Shown piece by piece: positions 39,061 through 52,370 of a DNA stretch of 64,000 nt; the stretch's first letter is position 1; each line of letters begins with the position of its first letter. The notes under the pieces are model-generated. The model saw only the letters and a program-made list of their open reading frames with translations, was not told where the DNA came from and searched no databases. This DNA is from Ruditapes philippinarum (taxonomy: Eukaryota). The DNA is taken from NCBI RefSeq assembly GCF_026571515.1, contig NW_026863859.1, positions 248,001 through 312,000 of the forward strand, written 5' to 3'. Position numbers and translations under genes: made by a program.

Positions 39061-40643
39061 CAAAAGTTATTTTGCACTTAAAACCATATCAATATCTGGT
39101 CAAGTGTTAATTGAACGCTCAAAGATTGGTTATTTTTATTAATGGTCAAGAGACATGGTCTAATATTTCACCTTATGACTGCATTGGGAAGGTAATCAAT
39201 AAGGACGTCTGCGAAGTTGTTTCTTTATATGGTATTTCGTACCATGCTTTGACACACAACATAAATTATTCAGCAGAATGAAGACCTCTAGTTCGTTAAA
39301 TGAGATAATCTTCTCGCTTTTGTAATCTCTTGGGTTTCTGCAGAAAGGTGCGCGTGGCATTTATTGTCCATTCAGCATTTCTAAAAATAGCTAGTGTCAT
39401 ATGTATACAGGGAAACAGTAAATGAGTCGGAATGAGAACCAGCTTGGGTATTTGAGACCCAGCTTAGATAGTTGACATGAACATGTCATAACTAGAAACA
39501 CGTCTTTTATGTAAATGGAGGCAGAATTAGGTTTAAAAATATCATAATAGTTAACAATATTTTCCCTTTTTTGGAAAGCTTTTTATCATAATTGATAACC
39601 AATGAAATTGCTTAAAATTGGCAAGTTCTGTCGCGCTAAACTGTTTAAACGGGCTATAAAATAACCTAATGATGTATTGCAAACATATAAAATTGTCTGG
39701 ACTTTGAACTTTGTCACATTTCTGCGAATTTATAACCCTGTCAATCACTTCAAAGCTTCTTGTTGTGGAAACTGGGGTGCGGAAGGTGAGATGTGCTGTG
39801 TATGGGAGTAGGTTGAGAGGAAGGGTTGATAATCTTTGAGACACAAACTTGTCATATGTATTAAATTTACATAATTATGTAAAATGCGCCGAAATAGTTT
39901 GGAGTCATAGGTTCTTAATAATTTTGAAGTAACATTCGAGTAGAAACAGAATATAAAAAGTAAGAGATTAGCATGGTATAAAGTACGCGAGATAGTCACC
40001 AGGATATGCTTTTTTGTTTTTGTTTTTAAATATATTCATTTGATAACACAAGAAACTTGTTTCATATATTTTAATTTCCTTACATAATCAAGTTTCTGAC
40101 ATTACAAATTGATATTAATTAGAAACCAACATCTGCCGTTATGCAGATTACGCATCATAACTATAAATAACGTGTTAACAACGCTAAGTGAGGTGGTAAC
40201 CTGGAGGTTAGTTTATTGGCTTCTCTTTCACGGGGTCGTGGGTTTGAGCCCAATTAGGGGCAATACCGTGAACATGTTAATCCAGGGAGCGGACTGGACT
40301 CTTACAAATTTAAAGAGTTCCAATTAAAGGACTCTACAATTGGAAAATCCAATAAATTCCAAGATTTAATCTTAATCGCAATAAAACAAATAAAAAAATA
40401 CAATCAAATTAACTGACGGTCCTCTGTATATGAAGTAGATGGAAAATTTTGCGTAGACAATTATTGACAAGATTTTCCGTGCTTGACGTGACGACATCCA
40501 TTAATCGTTAAGGTGTACACTATTCTCATAAAAACTTTGATAAAACAATAACAGAGAGCTGGCCAGAAAGGTTTATGTATCAAATACAACAAGAACAATT
40601 GACAGGTATGTCGGATGATAAGCAAATAAAAACCTGGTATTGT

Positions 40644-43600
40644 CATGTTCGTGAAGTTGGCAGCCTAGCAGCCTAGCAGCCTAGCAGCCTGAAGTTGGCA
40701 GCCTAGCAGCCTAGCAGCCTGGCAGCCTGAAGTTGGCAGCCTAGCAGCCTAGCAGCCTGGCAGCCTAGCAGCCTAGCAGCCTAGCAGCCTAAAGAAAACT
40801 AAGAATAGTACATACATGAAAACCGTCTGAAATACATTAGTAGCACTTCTTTAGATCATTCCACGCCTTTTTCAATATCGTGATCTTTATTTTTTAAGAT
40901 GTTGAACTTTATCGTAACATATTTTTTTTCATTCTGACGCTTCGAAATTTGAAGTTAGCAGCCTAGCAGCCTAGCAGCCTGGCAGCCTAGCAGCCTGGCA
41001 GCCTAACAGCCTAAAGAAAACTACGGATAATACAAACATGAAAACCGACGGAAATGAGTCGGTAGCACATACTTAGACTATTCCACGTCTTTTTTCAGTA
41101 TCGCGAACTTTATTTTTTTAAATATTGAACTTTGCTTTTTTTTTTAATTTCCTCTTCGAAATTTGAGCAGCCTAGCAGCCTAGGCTGCCTGGCAGCCTAA
41201 ATAAAACTAAGAATAGTACAAACATGAAAACCGTCGGAAATACATTAGCAGCACTTCTTTAGATCATTCCACGCCTTTTTCAATATCGTGATCTTTATTT
41301 TTTAAGATGTTGAACTTTATCGTAACATATTTTTTTCATTCTGACGCTTCGAAATTTGAAGTTAGCAGCCTAGCAGCCTGGCAGCCTAGCAGCCTAGCAG
41401 CCTAGCAGCCTAGCAGCCTAGCAGCCTGGCAGCCTAACAGCCTAAAGAAAAGTACGGATAATTCAAACATGAAAACCGACGGAAATGAGTCGGTAGCACA
41501 TACTTAGACTATTCCACGTCTTTTTTCAGTATCGCCAACTTATCTTTTTTAAATATTGAACTTTGCTTTTTTTCTTTACTCTTCGAAATTTGTGAAGCTA
41601 TCAGCCTAGCAGCCTGGCAGCCCTAGCAGCCTGGCAGCCTAGCAGCCTAACAGCCTAGCAGCCTTGCAGCCTGGCAGCCTGGCAGCCTAAAGAAAACTAC
41701 GGATAATACAAACATGAAAACCGACGGAAATGAGTCGGTAGCACATACTTAGACTATTCCACGTCTTTTTTCAGTATCGCCAACTTAATTTTTTTAAATA
41801 TTGAACTTTGCTTTTTTTTTATTTTACTCTTCGAAATTTGAGCAGCCTAGCAGCCTAGCAGCCTGGCAGCCTAAATAAAACTAAGAATAGTACAAACATG
41901 AAAACCGTCGGAAATACATTAGCAGCACTTCTTTAGATCATTCCACGCCTTTTCAATATCGTGATCTTTATTTTTTAAAGATGTTGAACTTTATCGTAAC
42001 ATATTTTTTTTCATTCTGACGCTTCGAAATTTGAAGTTAGCAGCCTAGCAGCCTGGCAGCCTAGCAGCCTAGCAGCCTAGCAGCCTGGCAGCCTAACAGC
42101 CTAAAGAAAAGTACGGATAATTCAAACATGAAAACCGACGGAAATGAGTCGGTAGCACATACTTAGACTATTCCACGTCTTTTTTCAGTATCGCCAACTT
42201 ATCTTTTTTAAATATTGAACTTTGCTTTTTTTCTTTACTCTTCGAAATTTGTGAAGCTATCAGCCTAACAACCTGGCAGCCTAGCAGCCTGGCAGCCTAG
42301 CAGCCTGGCAGCCTAGCAGCCTAGCAGCCTGGCAGCCTAGCAGCCTGGCAGCCTGGCAGCCTAAAGAAAACTACGGATAATACAAACATGAAAACCGACG
42401 GAAATGAGTCGGTAGCACATACTTAGACTATTCCACGTCTTTTTTCAGAATCGCGAACTTTATTTTTTTATATCCCCGATATACTGGAGGTGGACTGGTT
42501 CTCTGTCGAGTATGTCTCATGGTATTTTTTTACGAGTTTTTCTCAATGTTTACTGTACTTCATGCATCTTCATATTTAGATGAAGATCCGCGAATCTTCT
42601 TATATAGACGAAGAGGTGAAGATTGATTGCAAAATAGCATGAATAATAAAAAAAATGCATTTCGTAAATTAATAGCCTATAGAAATTTTCTAACATTTAG
42701 TTTAAATTAAATTCCTTTAACGGCAAACATTCACGAATTCAAAAACATAGCTTAACGCCGTTTTCCGGTACTTTCTTTACATTCCTGTTGGAAATTCCGC
42801 TAATGGAGTGTAATAACAAAATCTTCGTTTTTGGTAGTTATTGAATTAACAGATACTACTATGCAGGAAAATAATTTAATATCATTTTAGGAATATTTCC
42901 TTACAAAAATAAAGTAAAATAAATAAGTTTAATCACGTTTTCTCGTTATTTATTACTGAAGATGCCACTACGACTGTTTTAATTTCATTGAATTTCAATT
43001 TAAAGAATTCAATTTTAATAAAAACATTGATAACTTTCAAACATGACAAGTTTTTTTCAACTTAAACGGCGAAATAATGATAGAAAAGTAAATATATAGT
43101 GGTATATACTTTATTTGGTGTAGAGGTAAACCCGTAACATACCGGAAAACGGTGACGAATAAGTCTATAAACTGGAGTCAGAGTAAAGGAATTAAATATT
43201 CATATATGGAGCAATCACCTTTTAAACATCTTTATAGATCCATGAAAACAACATGTATTTAATACATTTTTTTTTTTTTTTTTTTTTTTTTTTCTTTCAC
43301 TTTTTTGCTGAAAACACGAGAGCCTAAACCCGGTGCGTAGTTTGCGTAACGCACTTACGTGAATAAAATTTATCAAGGAAAATGAAAATAATATAATGTA
43401 TAATATGATGTGAAATTATCAGCATAACAATTACAGAGGCATGCAACACCGCCCCATTATTTTGATGTGTCGTACGGGTATTGTTCTTAAGTTCAGATAA
43501 TCTTTATGTTCATTTTTGTGTTCGTTTAAACATATGCATTATATATCTCTTTACATTTCAACACATTTTTATCTTAACAGACCTTAAATGAATATGCTTT

Positions 43601-45477
43601 AAACATCGTCAACTTCATTATAAACATATCCATACAAAATAGCATATCATAAATAACTCAGATGACGTCACTTATTGTCCATAGACAGCGACATTAGTAG
43701 CCGAGAAAAAGTTCCAAGACTTAGACTACTTCCTACGTTTATTCGAAATCATGTTAAATCCCGCAATAACAAAGCATCAGAATGAAAAAAAAAATAAAGT
43801 TCAATATTTAAAAGAATGAAGATCGCGATACTGAAATAAAACGTGAAATGGTCTCAGTATGTTCTACCGATTCATTTCCGACGGTTTTCATGTTTGTATT
43901 ATCCTTAGTTTCCTTTAGGCTGTTAGGCTGCTAAGCTGTTAGGCTAACAGGCTGCTAGCCTGCCAGGCTGCTAGGCTGCAAGGCTACCAGGCTGATAGGC
44001 TGTCAGGCTGCTAGGCTGCCAGGCTGCTAGGCTGTTAGGCTGCTAGCTTCACAAATTTCGAAGAGTAAAAAAAAAGCAAAAAAAAACAACAAAGTTCAAT
44101 ATTTAAAAGAATTAAGTTCGCGATACTGAAAAAAGACGTGGAATAGTCTAAGTATGTGCTACCGACTCATTTCCGTCGGTTTTCATGTTTGTATTATCCG
44201 TAGTTTTCTTTAGGCTGTTAGGCTGCCAGGCTGCTAGGCTGCTAGGCTGCCAGGCTGCTAGGCTGCTAGGCTGCTAACTTCAAATTTCGAAGCGTCAGAA
44301 TGAAAAAAATATGTTACGATAAAGTTCAACATCTTAAAAAATAAAGATCACGATATTGAAAAAGGCGTGGAATGATCTATAGAAGTGCTACTAATGTATT
44401 TCCGACGGTTTTCATGTTTGTACTATTCTTAGTTTTCTTAAGGCTGCTAGGCTGCTAGGCTGCCAGGCTGCTAGGCTGCCAGGCTGCTAGGCTGCTAGGC
44501 TGCCAGGCTGCTAGGCTGCCAGGTTGTTAGGCTGATAGCTTCACAAATTTCGAAGAGTAAAGAAAAAAAGCAAAGTTCAATATTTAAAAAAGATAAGTTG
44601 GCGATACTAAAAAAAGGCGTGGAATAGTCTAAGTATGTGCTACCGACTCATTTCCGTCGGTTTTCATGTTTGAATTATCCGTACTTTTCTTTAGGCTGTT
44701 AGGCTGCCAGGCTGCCAGGCTGCTAGGCTGCCAGGCTGCTAGGCTGCTAACTTCAAATTTCGAAGCGTCAGAATGAAAAAAAAATATGTTACGATAAAGT
44801 TCAACATCTTAAAAAAAAAGATCACGATATTGAAAAAGGCGTGGAATGATCTAAAGAAGTGCTGCTAATGTATTTCCGACGGTTTTCATGTTTGTACTAT
44901 TCTTAGTTTTATTTAGGCTGCCAGGCAGCCTAGGCTGCTAGGCTGCTCAAATTTCGAAGAGGAAATTAAAAAAAAAAGCAAAGTTCAATATTTAAAAAAA
45001 TAAAGTTTCGCGATACTGAAAAAAGACGTGGAATAGTCTAAGTATGTGCTACCGACTCATTTCCGTCGGTTTTCATGTTTGTATTATCCGTAGTTTTCTT
45101 TAGGCTGTTAGGCTGCCAGGCTGCTAGGCTGCCAGGCTGCTAGGCTGCTAGGCTGCTAACTTCAAATTTCGAAGCGTCAGAATGAAAAAAATATGTTACG
45201 ATAAAGTTCAACATCTTAAAAAATAAAGATCACGATATTGAAAAAGGCGTGGAATGATCTAAAGAAGTGCTACTAATGTATTTCAGACGGTTTTCATGTA
45301 TGTACTATTCTTAGTTTTCTTTAGGCTGCTAGGCTGCTAGGCTGCTAGGCTGCCAGGCTGCTAGGCTGCTAGGCTGCTAGGCTGCCAACTTCAGGCTGCC
45401 AGGCTGCTAGGCTGCTAGGCTGCCAACTTCAGGCTGCTAGGCTGCTAGGCTGCTAGGCTGCCAACTTCACGAACATG
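40644..45477. mobile_element. 4.8-kb non-autonomous foldback transposon with long modular inverted arms
   Basis: Termini CATGTTCGTGAAGTTGGCAGCC / GGCTGCCAACTTCACGAACATG; GTATTGT duplicated at 40637-40643 and 45478-45484; arms ~40644-42470 and ~43785-45477; no transposase ORF in the ~1.3-kb centre. Confidence 0.92.
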
Positions 45478-46216
45478 GTATTGTCGGGGAGAGATTTCTG
45501 TGTAATGGCAACATAAAGTAAATTAAAGTGTATCAACATAGACATCATCAGACTAATGACTTAATCAATTCTGAGTACATAAAAACCTCGACACAAAGAC
45601 ACTTCATTTACAGACCACCGCTCTTACTGGCCATATGTAAACCTTGGAACTTGTTTTTCTTTAAAGACCATACAAATTTACATACCACATTGAGAAAAAC
45701 TTTTAAGTAAAATAATAAGTGTTTAAACACCATGTGAGTAACCATCGCTTTAACGGATACCTCTGTTTACAGGCTACATACAAAACTACTTAAAGAACAC
45801 TTCAGTTTACTAATACATACAGAAAGGATCACATCAACAAATCATTCTCCGCTACAACTTTCATTTTTTACAGGCCATATTTGTGCAGAAACACGTTTTA
45901 AGGGGCTCGTAGAATGTCATAATGTTTCTTCATATATTCATATATGTTTGTCACATTTTATTCAGTTTTGTTCACTGCAAACGGAATATAGTGGGAAAAA
46001 CAAACAAACAAACAAACAAACAAACAAACAAAATCCCCCCCAAAATCATCTTGCTTGCGGTATTACTTGTCGACAAAGACCATGTATATTCTTCTTTATT
46101 CTTCTTCCAAACAATGGCCTTTATTGAGAAGTTTTAGCATACTCTTAATTGTAAAATGTCCCTAATCATCCAAATATCGGTTTTAAAATGTGGAACACTA
46201 AATTTGCCAATGATTT

Positions 46217-46568
46217 ATAAAGAGACTCCACTGAGTTTTTAAATACTTTTTTTTTACATGACGGGATGGAAAATATGATTTATGTCTTATCCAATAACTT
46301 GTGTGCACATTTTCAGCTTATTCCCTTAACCATGTTTTACCAGAATAATCTCTTTTATTTTAAAAAATGGCAAAAACATGAAAAGCGTTGCAACGCTTTT
46401 CACTCAATTCCGGCCAAGACTTACTTAAAAATGGATTTTCCATTTAATTCAGAGTACATTTCTTTGTTCTCCTTTGCAGATTTTTCCATTCTAAGCGCTT
46501 CACTTGATATTTATAAGATTTTCAAATTTTATGTTTTTATTCCTCTAGTTCTCAGCTGAGTTCCTTTA
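46217..46568. mobile_element. Second TTAA-type MITE family (related start at ~5671)
   Basis: taaagagactccactgag ... ctcagctgagttcctttaa; internal text resembles 5671-5830 (aacttatgtgc aaatttca, ccagaataat). Confidence 0.55.
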
Positions 46569-49500
46569 AACAATCAGTATAAATAGCGCTGTGTTTACGT
46601 TACAATATAAATTCTACAGGCAATAAACATAAGTGCAAACTGCAAAGAAAAAAAAATGTTTTAGCCTACATTTGTTAAGACTTGGAAATAAGACAGGGTA
46701 ACGATACACTTGAACCAACCAGTCTATTATAGATGTTGCTATATTTAGATTATTTATTCTCGCATACAGCGCTTGTAATTGCTTTTTTACTCGTGTGAAA
46801 TAGCTTGTAAAACCGGATTATTTCAGTACGGCTTATTGCAGAGGTTATCAATGACTCATATGTGTAATATGTAAACAGTGTAAACGATTTCGCGAAGAGG
46901 ATGAATTTCATTACTTGTTTGAATATAACTTGTTTTAAATTCTATTCAAAAACAGTTTATTGATTCATAATTCTCAAATCATTGTTACATTTATAAATTA
47001 GAATCTTTAATAAATAGTTCTGATCACTTAATTTTATTAAAACTTGCGTTATTCTGCAAATATTATTATTTCAAAATTCAAATATCTCATTCTCCTGTAT
47101 GACATGATTTTTAAGCTTATTTTGTTACCTTTGTATTGTTGTATTAACATATAAATAATTTAGATAGCATTAATGTACGAAAAATCGTGTCCAAAGAGTA
47201 TAGAAAAATCAAATACCTATATGTGTTATATGTGTTAGTCAAAAATCTTCTCATTTTATAAAATTTCAAGTATTTATATTTCGTTAATCACTTTTGAATA
47301 ACTGTATACATTGTTCTAAACTTTTTATAGCCTTGTGCATATAATATGCCTTGGTTTTGAATAAAATCTTGAAATCTTGAAATTAATAAATGTCGCCAAT
47401 GAAGCTTTCAACATATCAACATATAATACTAATTGAGTTGCATATTTAATTAATATTTTCAACAAAGAACAACGAACACAATTATAAATAGTTTATATAA
47501 GAATAGACAAATTAGTATTTCAGTTTTTATTATCGATATTTTTGGACAATCTCCACACCCTTGGGACAATTAAGGGACTTTCGCGATGTATGCGCAAAAG
47601 ACTGGGAACTTTCATATGAAGTGGTCTCTTAGATAGATTCTAAGTATGAAATATTATAAACAGTACAACAATAACAACAACACTTAGTCTAGACGATCGA
47701 GAATTTGTTTTCCTTTCTTTCAAGACTTTTGGAAATGGCACTTGTCTCTATTGGGCATGGAAAAAAAACACCAGCAATTCGTGTTTACAAAAACAAAAGG
47801 CAAACAAAATTGCTAGAACAGTAAAAATATGACAAAACATACCGTAGAATAAAATGTTACAGTTATAATTGGGTTACTTAAAAGTTCGAACTAATAGGAA
47901 TACATAATAGTCATAGTCCGAACCCACGGTACACAATCCGTATAATATTATACTACATTTACGGATACTGCTATCCTGGGTTACCGAGCGTAACTTAATG
48001 CATGACGTGACAAATTCGTCAATACGGGGTACAATCCATTGAACATACTCTGCTAATTTTACGTTTTTCAAAAACAAATTAAGTGTTAAAATGGTAAACC
48101 AGGGTGAATCTTATCTCGTGACCGTCATAAATTTAATTCAAGTATATATAATTTATTCCTATAAAAATGTGCGTTTATGACACGCTGTTCTGTTGTATAG
48201 GTACAACACGTAATTAAAACGCAACTTTAACAATGTGAATCAGTTATTTATTATATCAAAGGGTCAACTGGAAATGTTTCACGTCGTTAAGGATGTAATA
48301 AATAGTATATTCTTACGTCATGCACGTCAGAATTATGTTTGAGCCAAACGTCAGGAATTTGTCTGAGTAACAGAGCCAGGTAAAATGTGCAGCCTGACCG
48401 GGGCTCGAAGTTTAGACCTTGTGATCACTGTTGTCCAGCTTTAATTATGAAAATGCCTGACAATTAACTTCCTCATTTTAAATAAATACCCACTGGATCG
48501 TTACAGTTTCACAGACTGTTGTGAAATACATGTACATGCATGTATTTCCCACCAATTTCTGTTGTGAATATACATCACTCTTCGATCTGACTCAGAACAT
48601 TACATCAGCACGGTCTGAAGTCCGATTCAAAATGAAAGGTACGCACAACCAAGTTGGTATTCGAACCAGAGACCTTCAGAACATTTTTTTTGAAAACATA
48701 TACCTTCCTACATTAAACTACCGACCGCGTTCACAATTACTCCCCTATATCAGCTCAACCAGTTCAACACTGTGGCATCTATGCAAAACATTTTCTGCAG
48801 CATGCGTAAGGAATTACAAAGAACAAAATTACACATCTGTTAAACGCATCAATCTTGATTTACACTTTTTTACTAGCTCTACCAGGCAGTCTTTGCCTAT
48901 CTTCAAGGTTGTAGAAAGTAGTATAGAAATAAAGATATGTTCGGCACTCTTTGATCAATGCTATTAAAGGTTTATTCCCCTTTCAATTCTTAACTCCTGT
49001 TACACAAATTAATAGAGCAATGCGAAAACTATTTAGACGCCTTTCTGGTAATATAGAAGGGGGCGTTATTTAGTTATTAATTCATTTGGCATATTCTAAC
49101 CTTAGCGGGGAAAAGAAATGAGAAAAGTCATCTTTTCTTGACTGTGATTTAATTTGAATAANNNNNNNNNNNNNNNNNNNNNNNNNNNNNNNNNNNNNNN
49201 NNNNNNNNNNNNNNNNNNNNNNNNNNNNNNNNNNNNNNNNNNNNNNNNNNNNNNNNNNNNNNNNNNNNNNNNNNNNNNNNNNNNNNNNNNNNNNNNNNNN
49301 NNNNNNNNNNNNNNNNNNNNNNNNNNNNNNNNNNNNNNNNNNNNNNNNNNNNNNNNNNNNNNNNNNNNNNNNNNNNNNNNNNNNNNNNNNNNNNNNNNNN
49401 NNNNNNNNNNNNNNNNNNNNNNNNNNNNNNNNNNNNNNNNNNNNNNNNNNNNNNNNNNNNNNNNNNNNNNNNNNNNNNNNNNNNNNNNNNNNNNNNNNNN

Positions 49501-49852
49501 NNNNNNNNNNNNNNNNNNNNNNNNNNNNNNNNNNNNNNCTTATTTCAATTTGTCTCAGACTTTATAATGACGTTTCCGAAAACGCAAAAGACGGGTTTTG
49601 AGCGTAGATAGCTAATTTTCCTGTCTCAAAGAATAAAATTGCGTGGCGAGCCAGTCTAGACCAGCTTTCAGCTAACATATGATGGTTTTGATGGAAAATT
49701 AACCCTTTCGCCTGCCTAGCGTGTGTCCTAGACTTGCATGGTATTGAACTTAAAACTGTCAACTGTTAATTTGATTAATTTCAATTTTAAAAAAAGTACA
49801 TTTCAGCGAACTAAAGTAAAGTGTTTGGTCCGACTGTATTGTTATGTGACAG

Positions 49853-50049
49853 TATGGTGGCTGATTTGTGCCATGTCGCATTTTTGCTCCGCGGGATTCC
49901 AGGCGAAAACCCCAAAATACGACAAAGTGGTGACTTTGTCGTTTTATCTCGTTTTCGCGTCTCGCGACAAAGTAGCCACTTTGTCGCATTTTCGTGTTTT
50001 CGCCTAAAGCGCCGCGAAAAAAACGACATGGCACAAATCAGCCACCATA
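49853..50049. mobile_element. Short MITE with TATGGTGGCTGATTTG termini
   Basis: Perfect ~26-bp TIRs tatggtggctgatttgtgccatgtcg / cgacatggcacaaatcagccaccata. Confidence 0.85.
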
Positions 50050-50110
50050 ATACCAATAACATGGATCTGTATAGTTATTGCCACCGGCGTTTAAAAAGTT
50101 TACGTCTTAC

Positions 50111-50136
50111 TGACCGACCGACCGACCGACCGACCG
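50111..50136. repeat. (GACC)n microsatellite
   Basis: Direct reading. Confidence 0.8.
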
Positions 50137-51127
50137 AGTTTAACGATTTTAATAGTCACATCACCTGTCATAATATGCCACTAAATAAAATATACCTGTT
50201 AAATAGGTCAAATGTGCAGACACTATCGAAATAATGACTACTATTTGATGTATTTTCCGATGAACTGTGAGAGTAATATGTGTTGAGGTTTTGATCATGG
50301 GGTACTCATAGGATGTTCACTGGGGGGGGGGGGGACTGGGGGCGGGGGATCGTGGTGTTTGACTGATAAATAGTAAATGTATCGAAACAATAATTGCATC
50401 CCCTCTATAATAAATAAATTTTGAACGGTAGTGTACCGTGAAGCTATAACTTGCATTGCCGAAAAAAAATGGGAGAATCACCCACACTTGTTAAGTTCCG
50501 GGTGAAAACTGTAGTTTGAAGATAAAAAAGTACAATTTTTGCACAAAATTTTCGCTTCACTAATTAATATAGAATGGAGTAATTGCTTTTCAGTTTTGTA
50601 TAAATATTCGGTCAATTTGATTAACAGATAATTTAACTATACAATCCGCGGCAGTGTATAAAAGTACGTAAATTGCCTACTTACTTTAAAAGTTAATGCA
50701 TCCACAATTAAAATTGTATCTTAAAATGATATTTTGTGTAGGCTCGGTAGTTAAGGTAAATGTGGAAAAACACATGAATATTCTATGATATACAGACGGC
50801 AGATTTTGTAATGAAATAAACTAATATCAAATATGTATCAACTATATTCAAATTAAAGTAAGTTAATGAATGAAATATTGAAGAAAAAAAAACTGGTTTT
50901 CAATGACGAAAAACAAGAAATTCTTGTTCGGGTAGTTATAACATACAGTACTTTCATAATAATTGATTAAATGACACCAGCAAAAAATAATATGCATATG
51001 AAATAGTTTTGTAAGATATCACAAAAAACATCCTAAAAGTGGGCGTTAATATACGAAAGACCGGAAAGACAACTTCGTGAATTCATGAAGTTGAAATCAT
51101 GATTTAACGAAGTTATTTTTATAGTGG

Positions 51128-51340
51128 AGGCGTCGTGGCTGAGTGGTTAACGTGTCGGATTAGTAATCTAAGGATTGCTGACCGCGTGTGTTCAAACCCT
51201 GTCAGGGTGCAAGCCGTTGTTTCCTTGTTAAAAAAAAATTGACATTGCTTAGTATTGGTTGGTTCCGGGAACAGATTCAAGACTGTTTCAAAAAGCTTAT
51301 TGCTTCCAACACAATCGAACTAGTAAAATAAATATGTATA
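51128..51340 (+). mobile_element. tRNA-derived SINE related to family 2
   Basis: GGCGTCGTGGCTGAGTGGTTAA (A box), GTTCAAACCC (B box), then agtattggttggttccgggaac. Confidence 0.75.
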
Positions 51341-52280
51341 AACTAACGAAGTTAAAATCGTGAATTTACAAAATCGGAAATTCATGCAGTTGAAATGTCC
51401 CCTCAGGTCTTTCGTACTAATGTATGTAATTATTACTTATATAATCGTCACAACTCTGTACATTAACATATGCTGACAGGTTTAATTAATAATTACATTC
51501 GTACTTTACCTTTGCATTACATTATTAATAGGACAGTTTCCTGGTGATTATTATATACATACAACATATGAATGGTTTTTCAACCAACAATGCACACAAA
51601 CATGTATTTTTCTTGTATTATCTTCACACCAACAATATTATGGCCAAAGACAAGGCAGACGACACATGTCCTATGCAGGCTATACTCTGGCATCGACCCC
51701 GGGGTCTAAACCAGGGGTATATACTAGTATAATTATATAAGGTTCATACCGTTTTTCTTTAGTGAATTATATACAAGTTTACATATCCATACATATAGGG
51801 GTCTAAATCTAAAGTATGAACAGAACAGAACAGAACAGAACAAACTCATTATTCCCTCAGGTAAATAAGTTCAGTATGAGAAATAAAATAAAAAAGCAGG
51901 CTTAAGTTTGACAAATGTGTATAAGTAATACGTCAATGCACAACACAATACGTGAATGAAGACACGTGCAATGTGATATGTCTGAAAACCGGCACGTGCA
52001 AAACCGTGTTTTATCACAATCATAACCAATCAGCAAGTTGGAAGAGTAAATCAAAAGACCTTCTGGACAGCTTAAAGTAAAGATGTATCTCTCTCTGGTA
52101 TGCTAAAACTGCCAAAATTGAACATTTTCAAGATTCGAACCAACAGCGGCTAGCGATTGGAAGTAAAATTGCTTTAGATTTTATAAGTTTATGTTCCAGA
52201 TCGTCTGCTTGTTTCAAAAGAACAATAATCACTGATGTTATAAAACAGTCAGAAAAAGATATTTTTAAAGTATTTCTCAC

Positions 52281-52370
52281 CCTAAACTCTATGTACATGC
52301 CCTCGATCCCTTCATCAGTCGGATCGCTCGATGTGCTCGACGATTTTCTGGTACGCTTGAATAGCGACAT
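52281..52370 (-). CDS. Probable first coding exon of the calmodulin-like gene (MSLFKRTRKSSSTSSDPTDEGIEGMYIEFR)
   Basis: AAAATG start, protein-like composition, strong phase-0 donor AGG|GTGAGA matching the phase-0 acceptor at 27576; the link across 24.7 kb is inferred. Confidence 0.6.

Noticed and set aside
40644-42470. CRISPR-like repeat-spacer appearance
   Set aside because: Spacers are repeated copies of two related sequences, repeat runs vary in length, the block is mirrored as a transposon arm, there are no cas genes and the context is eukaryotic
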